DNA from: an uncultured Candidatus Peribacteria bacterium
GTDB taxonomy: Bacteria; Patescibacteriota; Gracilibacteria; Absconditabacterales; Absconditicoccaceae
DNA length: 64,000 nt
Assembly: GCA_964463255.1 (NCBI GenBank)
Contig: CAYXBC010000024.1
Coordinates: forward strand, 5,587-69,586
Direction: 5' to 3'
A program made the translations under genes and the position numbers. This document shows positions 24,066 through 36,926 of the stretch, one piece after another (positions within the stretch are counted from its first letter, which is position 1; every line of letters starts with the position of its first letter). The notes under the pieces were generated by a model. The model did no database searches, was not told the origin of the DNA, and worked only from the letters and a program-made list of their open reading frames with translations.

Positions 24066-24277
24066 TGTTGAATTTTTCCTTCCTTCGAGGACAGGTAATT
24101 TTCAATTTCCCCTCCTTCGAGGACAGGTAATTTTGAATTTTAAATTTTAAATGTTGGATATTTGAATTGCTAAAATGAACTATTGTATCTTACAATAGTG
24201 CATAAGTAGACACTACCTTAATCTAAAATTCATCATCCAAAATTCAAAATTAATTAAGGTCCATCATTCATCATTCA
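24066..24277. repeat. composite intergenic repeat element, copy D
   Basis: Two tandem ccttcgaggacaggtaatttt units, the palindrome ctattgtatcttacaatag (24180-24198) and aattaaggtccatcattcatcattca. Confidence 0.7.
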
Positions 24278-24437
24278 CTGGTCATTAGGTAGTTCTGATG
24301 CTTCCGTGAAGGAAACTTCATCATACAACGAATCCAATTCATCCTTTATAGAAGCTATGGAGTACTCTCTTTCAGAAGGGGAGGTGAGATAGTCATCACG
24401 CATGGATAGAGGGCAGTAAGGATAAAGAAAAAAATGT

Positions 24438-24824
24438 TTATCTTTGGATGATGAGATAGACAATCAGAGAGACAATACCAGATACCGCAGTTCCCCATGC
24501 AAGATCTACCAAGGTGACGCTGAGTGGGAACCCCTTGAGTGTTGCAAGATTGGTGAGGTCATAGGTAGCATAAGCGACAAGACCAAAGAGCGCTCAGGAG
24601 AGGAGTGCTTGTTTTCGTGATCATGTTTTGATGGAAGGCATGAGGACGAAGAAGACCAATCCCAAGGAGAAAAGAAGATAGAAAAGTCATCAGGCAATCC
24701 GATTGATATCAGTCTTCATAAGAGAACCCATAGCGCTCTTATAGAAACTTTTGGAAATAACACCAAGTCGTAGTGCATCAAGTCCCAAGAGGATGGGGAG
24801 AGTGAGAAAGTAAAGTTTAAGCAT
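24438..24824 (-). CDS. small membrane protein, DUF2177-like (128 aa)
   Basis: ATG 24824. The frame was traced through TGAs to TAA 24438-24440. Contains YATYDLTNLATLKGFP and four predicted TMs. Confidence 0.65.
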
Positions 24825-24859
24825 GGAATCAAAGAAAATAAAATATAAGGACACAGGGA

Positions 24860-25510
24860 TTATTTTTTCTTGGGAGCAGCTTTTTTGGAAGTAAATTTTT
24901 TGCTGATGACACGCTTGGGAGCAGTAGGCTTTTTGGATGGAGATACGGGGGTGACAGGAATATTCGCTGGTACATGGCGAGGAGCATGGAAATGTTTGAT
25001 GACATAATAGAGGCATGCTACCATAAATAATGCATTCAGCCGAAAGTAGATCCAGCTAGCGCCAAGGTAGCTAAAGAGCGCCAAGAAAAAAGCTCCGAGT
25101 GTAAGGAAAATATATCTGCGTAGGGTAAACATCTTGTAGGCATATCCGAGACTTAATCCTATCATACCCAAGATGAAATAGAAAATCATAAAATTAGGGA
25201 AGAGTGACAATGCCCATAATCCCAGGAGTATTCAGAGACCTCAGATAATGAGTGTATCGACGCGATCATCGATATCGAGCATCATAAATGTAATTGCTAT
25301 CATGATGAGTACTTCCAGAAGTAGGAAGATAAACGTAGATCATGAGAGATACCCAAGCAAGGCGTAGATAAACATTGAGAAACATCAAATCGCGAAAAGC
25401 CAGTTCTTCTTAGATTTAATGGGAGAGGTGACTCGCGTCTCTTCGGGATAGACAGCTCAGATTAGCAGGATGACGGATCCAATGATCCCGATAAGGTCAG
25501 TGATATTCAT
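24860..25510 (-). CDS. hypothetical membrane protein with a Lys/Pro-rich tail (216 aa)
   Basis: ATG 25510. The frame was traced codon by codon to ORF 24860..25210. Multiple TMs. C-terminus PSKKPTAPKRVISKKFTSKKAAPKKK. Confidence 0.65.
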
Positions 25511-25537
25511 GGAAAAGAACTAAGAAGATAAAAAAGA

Positions 25538-27985
25538 TTATCCTTTTGGTGATTTCTTTCCTGTTTTCTTTGCTGGAGTTTTAGCTGATGTTCCAGCCTT
25601 TTTCTTCGTAGATTTCTTTGCAGCGGTAGTTGTATCGTTTCATTTTACACCTCATACTTTGATAATATCTAGACAATCCTTCATGGTGAGATCGCTAGCA
25701 TCTTTGCCTCATTTGGGGATCTTGTAATTGTTACCGTCGAACTTGATATACGCTCCATAGAGCCCATTGAGGACTTCTATTTTCTTTCAAGCACCTGCCC
25801 CGTCTTTAGCGGGGTGGTCAAACGTATTGATGTATTTATTCTTTTCCGTATCGATTTTTTTCTCTATCAAAGGAATTGCATCTTCCATGGTGACGGTGTA
25901 AGGATCGAGTGTCTTTGGCAGGGAAACGAAGAACGTCTTATATTTGAGATAGGGTCAAAATTTTCCTACGGCTGCAGTGACTCATTCATTTTCATACTGT
26001 CCTATAATTCTCGGGAGGGCGAATAATGCCAAGGCATCTTCCAAGGTGAGCGATTCAATATTTTGTCACGGTCTGAGCGAAGCAAATTTAGGCTTATCGG
26101 TGTCTTGAGCGGTTCCTACTTGGACCATAGGACCAAATCTTCCGATTCTTGCGACGACTTTCTTGCCGGTATTGGGATCGATACCGAGTTCTTTTTCTCC
26201 CGTCTGCTTTTCAGCAAATTCAATAGTCTTGGCTACCTCTTTGTGGAATGGTCAATAAAATTCTCTGATCATCTGGACCCATTGTACTTTCCCTTCAGCG
26301 ATTTCATCGAATTCTTCTTCTACGCTTGCGGTGAAATTATAGTCCAGGATTTCTTGAAAATTAGCGCATAGAAAATCATTGACGACCATACCGATATCGG
26401 TTGGAAAAAGTTTCTGTTTCTCAGCTCCGGTATTTTGTTTTTTTGTTTCAGATTTAATGACCCCGAGCCCGCCTGCCGTGGCAGGTCTCAATATCATTTC
26501 CTGATAACTTCTTTCGTTACCGTTTCTATCTTCCTTCACGACATATCATCTTTTCTGGACCGTAGAGATGGTCGGCGCATACGTTGATGGACGTCCGATA
26601 CCCAGTTCTTCAAGCTTTTTAACCAACGATGCTTCTGTATATCTTGGTGGATGATTTTTGAATCTTTCGCCAGCGATAATCTGATGCATAGCAAGAATTT
26701 CTCACTTCGTAAGTTTAGGCAACATGCCTTCATCCTCGTCCCTGGTCCCTGGTTCCTGATCGTCTTCGTCTTTGGATTCGAGATAGACTTTGAGAAACCC
26801 CTCAAATTTGATGACCTCGCCGCTTGCGATGAAATTGAATTTGGTATTTGTTGAAATGCTTATAGTCGCTTTGGTTTTTTCTATCTCCGCTGGCGCCATC
26901 TGCGAAGCAATCGTTCTCTTCCAGATAAGCTCATAGAGCTTCTTTTCTGAAGCGTCGTTTCCTGCCATATTATGTTCCATATGTGCTGGTCTGATACATT
27001 CATGTGCTTCCTGAGATCCTTTGCTTTTGGTGACATACTGCGTAGGTTTGGAGTAGTCTTTACCGTATCTTTTGGTGATTTCTTCTTGGGCCGCTTTGAC
27101 AGCAAATTCTGAGATATTTACGGAATCAGTTCTCATATAGGTGATGAATCCTCATTCATAAAGTTTCTGAGCTACCTGCATCGTTCTTGCTACGGAGAAT
27201 CCTAATTTTCTGCTCGCTTCCTGTTGGAGCGTAGAGGTGGTGAATGGCGCAGAAGGCGATTTCTTGCCAGGTTTCACCTCGACACTTTCTATCGTATAGG
27301 TCGCATCCTTGCAGGATTCCAAAAATTTTCTTGCTTCGTCGGCAGTAGGCAGATCCTTGGAAAGTTCAGCTTTAAATTCTTTTTTCGCATCACCAACAAA
27401 ACTTCAGATGACCTTAAAAAAAGATGCTGATTCAAATTTTTGGATTTCTCTTTCTCTTTCGACGATCAATCTCACTGCGACGGATTGGACTCTTCCTGCA
27501 CTCAATCACATTTTAATTTTTTTCCACAACACAGGTGAAAGCTCGAAACCTACGAGCCTATCCAAGATTCTTCTTGCCTGTTGAGCATCTACGAGATTCA
27601 TATCTATGGTTCTTGGATTCTTTACTGCTGCATCAATCGCTTCTTTGGTGATTTCATGGAAGACGATCCTTGCAGTCTTTTTGATATCGAGTCCCAATGC
27701 ATTGGCCACATGCCGACCTATTGCTTCTCCTTCGCGGTCCTCATCGGTAGCGATCCAGACTTTGTCAGCATTTTTCGCTAACGATTTGAGCTCGCTTACG
27801 ACTCTGGTCTTGTCAGGGGATATCTGGTAGTTAGGCTTGAAATCATTAGCGACATCGACACCGATCTCTTTCTGAGGTAGATCAACTACATGTCCAAATG
27901 ATGCTTTGACCTCGAATCCTTCGCCGAGGAATTTTTTGATGGTAGCGGATTTGGCAGGCGACTCAACAATCACGAGATTTTTCAT
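25538..27985 (-). CDS. topA: DNA topoisomerase I
   Basis: Toprim N-terminus [60 protein letters not shown]-terminal Lys-rich tail. The three listed ORF pieces are in one frame; the gaps between them were read by translation, not checked codon by codon. TAA at 25538. Confidence 0.92.
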
Positions 27986-28280
27986 AGAGATGCTATATCA
28001 GGATAAACATATTCCGATGAAAGGGAAAAAATATACTTCCCTTGTTTAGTCTATTTGTCCTGTATTTCAACCAAAAAAAATATGTTACAGAAAGATACTG
28101 GAGAAAGAGAGAATACTGGATTCTGAAAGTCACAATAATTTCTTATGACAAAAAATGTTTGTGGCAAACAACAGACAATGTCATACTAGAGGATATAGTG
28201 TGCTGCTTAGATGAAATATCATTGTTTTTTTTATGTATATACATAGATAGTAGGAGAGCGTTTTTTATATCTTTTTTTTC

Positions 28281-31200
28281 ATGGTCATGGAATACAAAAA
28301 GAAATTGATAATCTTTGCTGCGGTAATTGGTGTAGTAGTACTTGGGATTGGAACATTTGCAGCATGGAAATCGGGGTTCTTATCAAGAATTACTCCGGAT
28401 ATCTCAAAGGGAATAATTCAGGAATCTTTTTCTGGAAAAAAAGCAGTGACCTTATTTTTCCCATCAGGCGCGATAGATACTCTTGATCAAACAATTCTGG
28501 TCTCTTTCGCAAAGCCTATGGTGGCATTGACAACCTTAGATAAGCAAACTCCATGTCCAATCGCTATCAGTCCATCAGCCAACGGAAAATGTAGACGGAT
28601 ATCTACCCAGACCCTCGAATTCACTCCAGAGAAATGGAAACCAGCTACGCAATATACCGTGAGTATATCATGAGATAATGAACTCTATACGGGAAGATTT
28701 TCTACGCCCTTATTGCAACGAGGAGTCTCTCAAAAGGAATCTCTCCATGAAGGAATGCAATTGGTGTTTAATTTCCCTATAAAAGATGATGAGCTGCAAC
28801 AATATCTTCTCGTGACGGATACACAGTCAAATGAAAAGGTGTCCGTAAATGTCGTACAAGATATCACCTCAGGAACTTATATCATCCAACCGAAATCATG
28901 AATACGGAAATATCTGACGACATATAAGTTTTCTCTCAGTTCGCCGCTGGATGCCCAAGAGGGTAATCTACCAAGCACATTAAGTCAGCTCTCGTACACG
29001 ACTTTGGATGCATTGACGGATGTTATGCTGCAGTTGGTGATAAACGATACCGCTAAGCAATGATTCCAAAATTATCGATATAATGAATGAAGCACAAATT
29101 ATGGAGCGGTGAAATGATACGGATATCAAAGTCTGTATGATATCTATTTTACTCCTGCAAGTTCTGCTTCTTTGCTTCCCCTCAAAGATATTGCATTTGA
29201 TATGAGCTTTCAGGAAATCATACAAGATCTTTCGTCAAAGACAATCCGTTTGGTCAAAGATGGAGTAACTGTTCCTGCGACGCTTTCGTATATACCTGAG
29301 CTAATCTATGATGAACAGACGAGGACGGAAAAAGAGCAGACAACAAAAAGAAAGGTGAGATTGATCGTGACGGGAAAACTTAATGGGGATTCGACCTATC
29401 AATTGGAATACACTCCAGATGGTACAATCGTGGTAGCATCGCGTACCTATAAGACACCGACGCCATTGAAAGTCACCAGAATCGAGATGGTGGATTATTC
29501 AAAAGTATGTCTCTATACCAACAATATCCTTGATGCTTCTGCTGTAGGGGATACAGAAACTCAGACCTTGATTACAACGACACCAAAGGCGCGTATACAA
29601 TCAATTGCTACAGAAGAATACATGCCTGATGATCTTCAGGATGCATTTTCAAAAGTGACAACATCCACCATCACAAAATTCCTTGCCGACAATGGAATGT
29701 GTCCTCAGCCGAAACCGGATGAGATGGTCTATGTAATAAATACCAGGCTCAATCCTTCTACGGCATATACCTTGAAATTTACCGTCAAGGATATGTATGG
29801 TAATGTAGTAGCTCCCATAACCAAGACATTCACAACCGGCAAGATAAAAGACAAGGACAAATTCCTGTACATAGGATATCCTGAAAAAAATACCATACCG
29901 AGTGATGTTCCTCTGATAGTGAATATCCAGAGCATAAATACGTCCAAAGTTAGTATTGCCGTCTGTGCTATGGATGTAGAGATGTATCTCAAGAGCAAAC
30001 ATACTGTTTCCACGGATAATCAGCTAGTATCACCAGGGGGGTGTGATCAATCTTTCACTAAGGATATCACGGTCAAGAACAATAATCGGCTACTGAGCAA
30101 TACGCACATCGATCTAGAAAAAGATATCTGATGAAAAGCGATAAAATCTCATATCATACGTGCAGTAGGATCTTTAGGGAGTAATGACCCCATCGCCAAG
30201 GAGAGATGATTTTCAACACTCTTCATAAGGTCAAATCTTTCGCTTATGTTGGAACAGGCGACCAACAAAAAGGTGTTGCTTGCTACGACATTCAATGGTG
30301 CTCCGGTAACTGGATTATCATTTAAGTGATATCGTTTTGAAAATGAAAAATACATACCCGTGTCATTGTCGGCTACATATAATAGTACACAATGAGTCTA
30401 TGAATTGAGCGATACTGCAGATGTGATTGTCGCATCCAACAAGACGTATCGAGGTATGTTGGAGAGCACGTCCGATATGACGGACAATTATGATTTCGGT
30501 TATATCGCAGGACAAGGCAGTGCGCAGAAAGATTTTTTGTATCTCTATACGGAGAGACCGATGTATAAACCTGGTGATACGGTATACTACAAAGGAATCC
30601 TGAGGACATTTAATTTCGATGGATTTACCGCAAGCAAAAAGAAGACGGGAGATATCATCATCAGCAACGAGCTATCAGAAGAAGTAATGAAAGTCACCGT
30701 CAAGATGGATAAGAATAGTAATTTCAATGGATCATTCACGCTACCCAAGGATATGAGTCTGGGATGATATGTTATGAAGTTTAGATCAAGTGACCAGGAA
30801 GAGATCTATACCAATGCAACATTTTTCGTGGAAGAATATCACAAACCGGTATTCAAGATAAGTATCGATTCATGAATCAATGATCTCATCGCGGGGGAGC
30901 AAGCAAATATCTCATTGAATCCCGTCTATTATTTCTGAGGCAAGATAACCAATACCCAAGGGAATTATCAGATATTGACCCAGAAATATTTTTTCAATGC
31001 AAAGGACTACAGCGATTTCCAATTCGGAGAATGAAATGATTATGTCGATTGTATCTACCGGAATGAATGCAGATATATGGATACGCCGCTTTTTGGACAG
31101 GATTCAAGCTTTATGATAAATGCTGCAGGTACATATACGCTCAAATATGCTACCGACAAAGATGCCGCAGAAAAATTATATTCATTTATATTCCAGGTAG

Positions 31201-34200
31201 AGGATCCTACCACCAAGAAGCCAGTCAGTACGACTGTCACTAAAGTAATCCATGCTACGGATGGATATGTAGGGATACAACTGCCGTATCGAAACGTCAA
31301 AGAACAATGAATCCTTCTTCATGCGGTGACATTGGATCGAAATGCAGAGCCAAAAGCCACTACGCCGGTGACGATACAACTGATCAAGCAGGATCGGAAA
31401 GCGATAAAGAAACAGGGGATAGATGGCGTCTTCTATTATGATTATTCATTGGAGCAGGTGACAGAGTCTACAGAAAAAGTGACGAGTGATGGAAAATGAA
31501 TAATAGAAAAGACACTACAACCCAAATCTGACGGAGAATATCTCGTGAAAGTATCCTATCAATGAAAATGAGGTGTCCCATTTGTTTCAAGTCAGACCGT
31601 CTATGTCTCAGGTAAAGATCCACTCTTGCGAAGAACGGAAAATAATTCCGTCACCAAAGTGATAGCAGAGAAAACGATGGTAAATGTCTGAGATACCGCA
31701 AGCTATACCATACAATCTCCCATAAACACCGGAACGATTTTTGTCGCAGTGGAAAAAGATGATGGGATACTGAGCTATTTCACGATGCCATTACAGGAGT
31801 ATGCTACAAAATTTTCACTCAAGATAAACAAAGAATATTATCCGAATATCTATCTGAGAGTGTTTCTTGTGTGACAACAAAAAAATAATCCGTTACCAAT
31901 CTACAAGAGATGATTAGCGATAAGTAAAGTAAATACCTTACCCCAAAAACTCAAGGTAGAGATAACGACCAATAAAGAATTGTATCTTCCCGGAGACCAG
32001 CCTAAGATTACGGTCAAAGTGACAGATGCAGATAATGTCCCTGTCGTATGAGCCGATCTCAGTATCGGTATCGTAGATCAAAGCCTCTTGGCACTCAAAG
32101 GAAATCCTATCAAGAATCCCTTCGCATATTTCTATGACATGAAAAGATATCTTGGAACCAATACCTGGCTATCGCTCAATACCTTAGTCGAAAAGCTTGA
32201 GATAAAAGATACCTCAGATGGATCCAAATGAGGTGATGGAGGATCGATGAAATGAGGGAATAGCAGAAAAAAAAGATGAGTATTCAAAGATACTGCATAT
32301 CGGAATGCAGACAGTACTACTGATGCCAAAGGACAGGTACAGATAACTGCTGATGCATTGCCTGATAATCTGACGACTCGGGTGATCGAATCATTGGTAA
32401 ATACCAAAGATACCAAAGTAGGTATCGCCACCGATACGATACAGACCGCGCTGCCATTGATGATTAATCCGAATCTTCCTAATCTTCTTTCTCTAGGAGA
32501 TACGGTAGTATTCCATCCGGTGATTTTCAATAAGACCGACAAAGAACAAGTGGTTGCATTCAGTATGTCAGGGACATATCTATATATTTCAACTCCGGTA
32601 CAAAAGATAACTATCCCTGCGCAATGACAAGCTCCACTCAATATCACCGCTATCGTGAGTGGAAACGATATCTCATATATGCAGCAGTGAGCAAGCAAGA
32701 TAGAGATGTTAGCTATCACATCAGATGCAGATATCCGTGATGAGGTACAGCTCTACGTTCCTGTAGTCCAGAATGTAACCAGAGAAACCGTCACTACAGT
32801 GTGACAGATTAGCGGAGGAATAGCAGTTGAAAAATTGGATATTCCCAAAGACCTTCAAGGATATCTTTCCTTGACCTATAGTAAATCACTCTTCGGATCT
32901 CTTCTGGAATGAATATCATGAGCTGCACAATCTGTATATGGTTGTCTGGAACAGAGGTTTTCATCATTCATGTCGCATATTTATAGCAAGCAATTGTTCG
33001 TCTCGGCAAAACAAGGCGATGCCTATAATTTGGATAAGATATTTTTCTCTGAATGGGTGGATCAGTTCGATGGGAATCAGAAGATTTCTGTATCTTCATA
33101 TATCAGATCTCAGCTTGCAAGTTTAGAAAAATACCAAAATACTGATGGCGGTTTCATGTTCCGATACGATACCAAACGGTCACAGAACTCTTCCGTTCGG
33201 TTGACAAATTATATCGTAGACTCTTTGGCTGCACTGCGTGATGTCGGATTCCCTGTAGCGGACAAGATAGCTACCAATGCCATCAATTATCTTAAAGATC
33301 AGTTCTATACAAATCAAAAGATGTGCGTTGAGAAGAAGAGAAACTGCGAGTGGCGAGCGCAAGAGGAAGGTATCGATACCATCGCTGCAATCCTTGATTT
33401 CTCTCCCTCAGATGCTATGGGTACCAAGATGTGGGAGCTTATCAAACCATATGTGAAAGACAATATTTCTGTCACTGCTTCTCTCAAAAAATCTATGGTA
33501 TTGAGCAAATTATGATACACGGATGAAGCGGCAAGTATTATCAAAAAGATACTGAATGATCAATTGGTGATGGAACCAAAGACTGCGCATATCGGCAGAT
33601 ACAGCAGTTACGGAAATATATTGGATACAGCATATTTCCTGGAAGCGAGTAGTTATGTACCAGGAGTGATAGCAGAAAATACGGTAATCTACGATGCATT
33701 GCAGAGATGGATCGCTGAGCAGAAAAAGAATGGACAATGGGGATCTACTCAGGATACCATCAAGGTGATCAGATCATTGACACGTTTCATTAGGGTAAAT
33801 CCTATTCCTGCAAAGACGATGACGATTGCTGCATCGATAGGGTCTGTGTTGTTCCCTGAGGTGAAATTATTTAAAGATGATCCTTTCGCAACTATTACAA
33901 GGCAAGCAGATATTGCAGGCATAGCTCATCAATCAGAGATAACAATGAAATCAGACGCCAAGGAGAGATCATATTATGATGTGACGATGAATTACTTTGT
34001 TCCCGCAAAAGATGTCGCATCCAGGGATGAATGATTCGTTATTCAGAAAAAATATTATAGCTATGAATCCTATATGGATATAGCTCGCAAGAAGTCAGCT
34101 GAACGAAGTCAGTACACACAAAATAAAATCACGTATTCGGCATTGAAATATCCTAAAGCCATTACAGAATATCTCCAAGAAGAGAAATCTCCCAAGATCG

Positions 34201-34643
34201 GCGAAGTGTTGGTAGCCAATATACGTTTTGTAACAAGCGAACCGAGACAGCAGGTAGCTATAGACAATTATATTCCTGCAGGTACGGAACTCATCAACCC
34301 TAATCTTTCTACGGAAAGCACCTATACCAATAAACTACAAAATACAAGCACACCACAGATGGGTGCTGACGGTTATGGCTATGGATACCAGTGAGATTCA
34401 GCTCCGGAGACACAGACGCAAAGTGTAAATATCCAGACATTTGCCTGTGATCAAGAAGAGTTTAGGACAGAAAGACACTTCTGCTATGTAGAGAATCTGA
34501 GTCCATGAGCATATACGCTTATGTCCTTATTGAGAGTAACGCATGCAGGTACATTTGCCGTCAGACCTACCATGATTTTCGAATTCTATCATCCGGAAAA
34601 TTTTGGAAGGACCTTCGGCCAACAGTTTACGGTAACAGAATAA
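28281..34643 (+). CDS. bacterial alpha-2-macroglobulin family protein with thioester motif (2120 aa)
   Basis: Nine ORF-track pieces are all in frame 0, and every gap was traced (TGA only). N-terminal TM. MG-domain hallmarks RPMYKPGDTVYYKGILR and EEYHKPVFK. FKDTAYRNA. Thioester site VYGCLEQ at 32937-32957. TAA at 34641. Confidence 0.85.
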
Positions 34644-34646
34644 AAA

Positions 34647-36713
34647 ATGGCTAAAGCATCCAAACCCAACAAAAAATACTCACGATTTTCTATGTGCTAT
34701 ATCTTGGCGAGCATAGCACTTTTGCTGATAGTGATGCCCTATCTTTTTCCTATACATCTCAAAGAGATTCCTATCTCTACGGTAGTGTATGATAGGAATG
34801 GCATCGTAATCGGTGAAATAGTGCCAGACACTATACACAGGCATCAGACCATAGATCTAGAGCTGTATCCCAAATTTATGGTAAATGCTATCATTGCTAT
34901 AGAGGACAAACGTTTTTGGCAGCATAATGGGATAGATACCATTGCATTGGCGAGAGCAGCGATAAAAAATATAAAGTCATCATCCATTGTGCAGTGAGCA
35001 TCGACCATCCCCAGTCAGATTGCCAGAAATCAGTTATGGCTTAATGCACCGAGGACACGACGAAGAAAGATAATAGAATTTATCTATGCGTATATGCTAG
35101 GTGCAAGATATTCAAAACAACAGTTACTTGGGTATTATCTCAATTCCTTGCCCTTATGATATATGAATTATGGCTTTGAGACCGCAGCTCAGCGATATTT
35201 TGGAAAATCGGTATTCCAGTTGTCTCAGTCTCAACAGCTTGCATTGATCACCATGATGAAAAATCCGGTTCGTTATGATCCTTTCAAAAAATCATGAAAC
35301 TTCAATGCAAGATATAAAAATCTTATTGATGTTTTAAGGAATGAAAACTATCTCTCTTCTGGAGATGCGATAGCGCTCGCTGAAGAGTGAGATAGTTTGG
35401 ATCGAAGAAAGGATACGGAAGCGAAACAGCCATATCTGAGGGATTATATAAGTCAGTTTGCAGAGAAACAACAGAAGGGATTAGCAACAAGCATATATAC
35501 GACCGTTGATGAGAATATGTCACGTGAGATAAAGGATATAGCAGATCAGACTATCTATAAATTATTGTGGAAAGATGTCTCGGACTATGGTGTGCTCGTA
35601 CTAGATAAGAAGACCAACCAGCTTCGTGTGATGCTTTGAGGTATGGCATATGATGGTAAAGCGGGACAAGTAAATGCGACGATGAGCGTAAATCAGCCGT
35701 GATCAGCAGTCAAACCATTTACCTATGCCTTAGCATTCCAACAACTAGGAGTGCTTCCTTCCGATAGTATCATTGATGAGCCGGTCCAATTTCAGTCGCT
35801 CCTATGATTTGCCTATACGCCCCAAAATTTCAGTATGGAATACCAATGACCGGTGACGCTAGCGCAAGCGCTTGCACAAAGTCTCAATATCCCTGCAGTG
35901 AAGATCGCTAATAGGCTATGAGCGGATAAACTCTTGGATTTTTACCATAAAGTCTGATTAGAATCACTCAAACAATCATCAGAGTATTATGGATTAGCCC
36001 TTACCTTATGAGTAGGGGAAGTGAGCCTGTGGGAGTTGACCAGAGCGTACGGTATTTTCGCTCACCAATGAGAACTCTGTGATATCGCTATGTTTTCCTG
36101 ACAGCAAGTGACGTGCAAGCAGGTCATCGATGCGAAATATACGGACATGGTAGTCGATATATTGTCCAATAGATACAATAAGATGCCGTCGTTCCCTTTG
36201 TTTTCTAATCTCGATTTCCCTGATAGGAATGTGTTTCTCAAAAGCTGAACATCCAGGAAATTTAGCGATAATCGGGTCATAGGATTTACGGATAATTATA
36301 TCATCGGAATACGGATAGGAAATAAAGATGGATCGAATATGAAGGGCGTAAGTGGCGTCTCTGGCGCAGGTGATATATTCAATAATATCGTATATATGCT
36401 GGAAAAATCCGAACAATCTCCCACATATCAAGCACAATCGCCCATGCAGGTAGGGCCATATCTCCATATTACCAAACCATTGCCACAGAGTGTATTTTCC
36501 TTAGATCCAAAAATTTCTCAGAATCTGCAATGAATGAAATTCGACTTTTCAACGAATATCCCATATACGACATATCAATTGCTGGTGGATGGAAAAAAGA
36601 TTTCCTCACCTATGCGAATTCCTCAAATCGGTGTGCATACCCTTACGGTCACGCTTTTCTCGTGAAATGATGAGATAAAAACCAGTGAGGTGGGATTTCA
36701 GGTGAAAGAATAA
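34647..36713 (+). CDS. bifunctional class A penicillin-binding protein (GT51 transglycosylase plus transpeptidase), PBP1C-like by context
   Basis: EDKRFWQHNGID, Q-G-ASTIPSQIARN, SAVKPF (SxxK) and KS-G-TS. It starts 4 nt after the A2M stop. TAA at 36711. Confidence 0.9.
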
Positions 36714-36926
36714 GAAAGAAGAAATATCTTTCGGGAAAGATACATTCCCTTATTTTTTATAGAGCAAAAAAATGTAGCTAGAGAGAACAATACAAAATAT
36801 AAAAAAAAGAATAAATGTCAATTATATAAGAGAAGGAAACATTGCTAAACTTGACGAGAACCCTTTTCCGGTATATACTTGGAAGGATAGTATTCCATCG
36901 TCATTTTACTCCTTTCTGATATACAG

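Noticed and set aside
24254-24403. Small minus-strand ORF (MRDDYLTSPSEREY...) downstream of the DUF2177-like gene.
   Set aside because: It is short and acidic, and under code 25 it runs through TGA into the repeat element. It has no support beyond being open, so it is not listed as a feature.
32132-32719. 195-aa minus-strand ORF, and similar antisense ORFs at 29649..30013, 38418..38705, 39309..39620, 44451..44876 and 45776..46186.
   Set aside because: All lie antisense to the continuous A2M or giant surface protein frames. They have Cys/Ile/Ser-rich shadow compositions typical of the reverse strand of AT-rich coding DNA.
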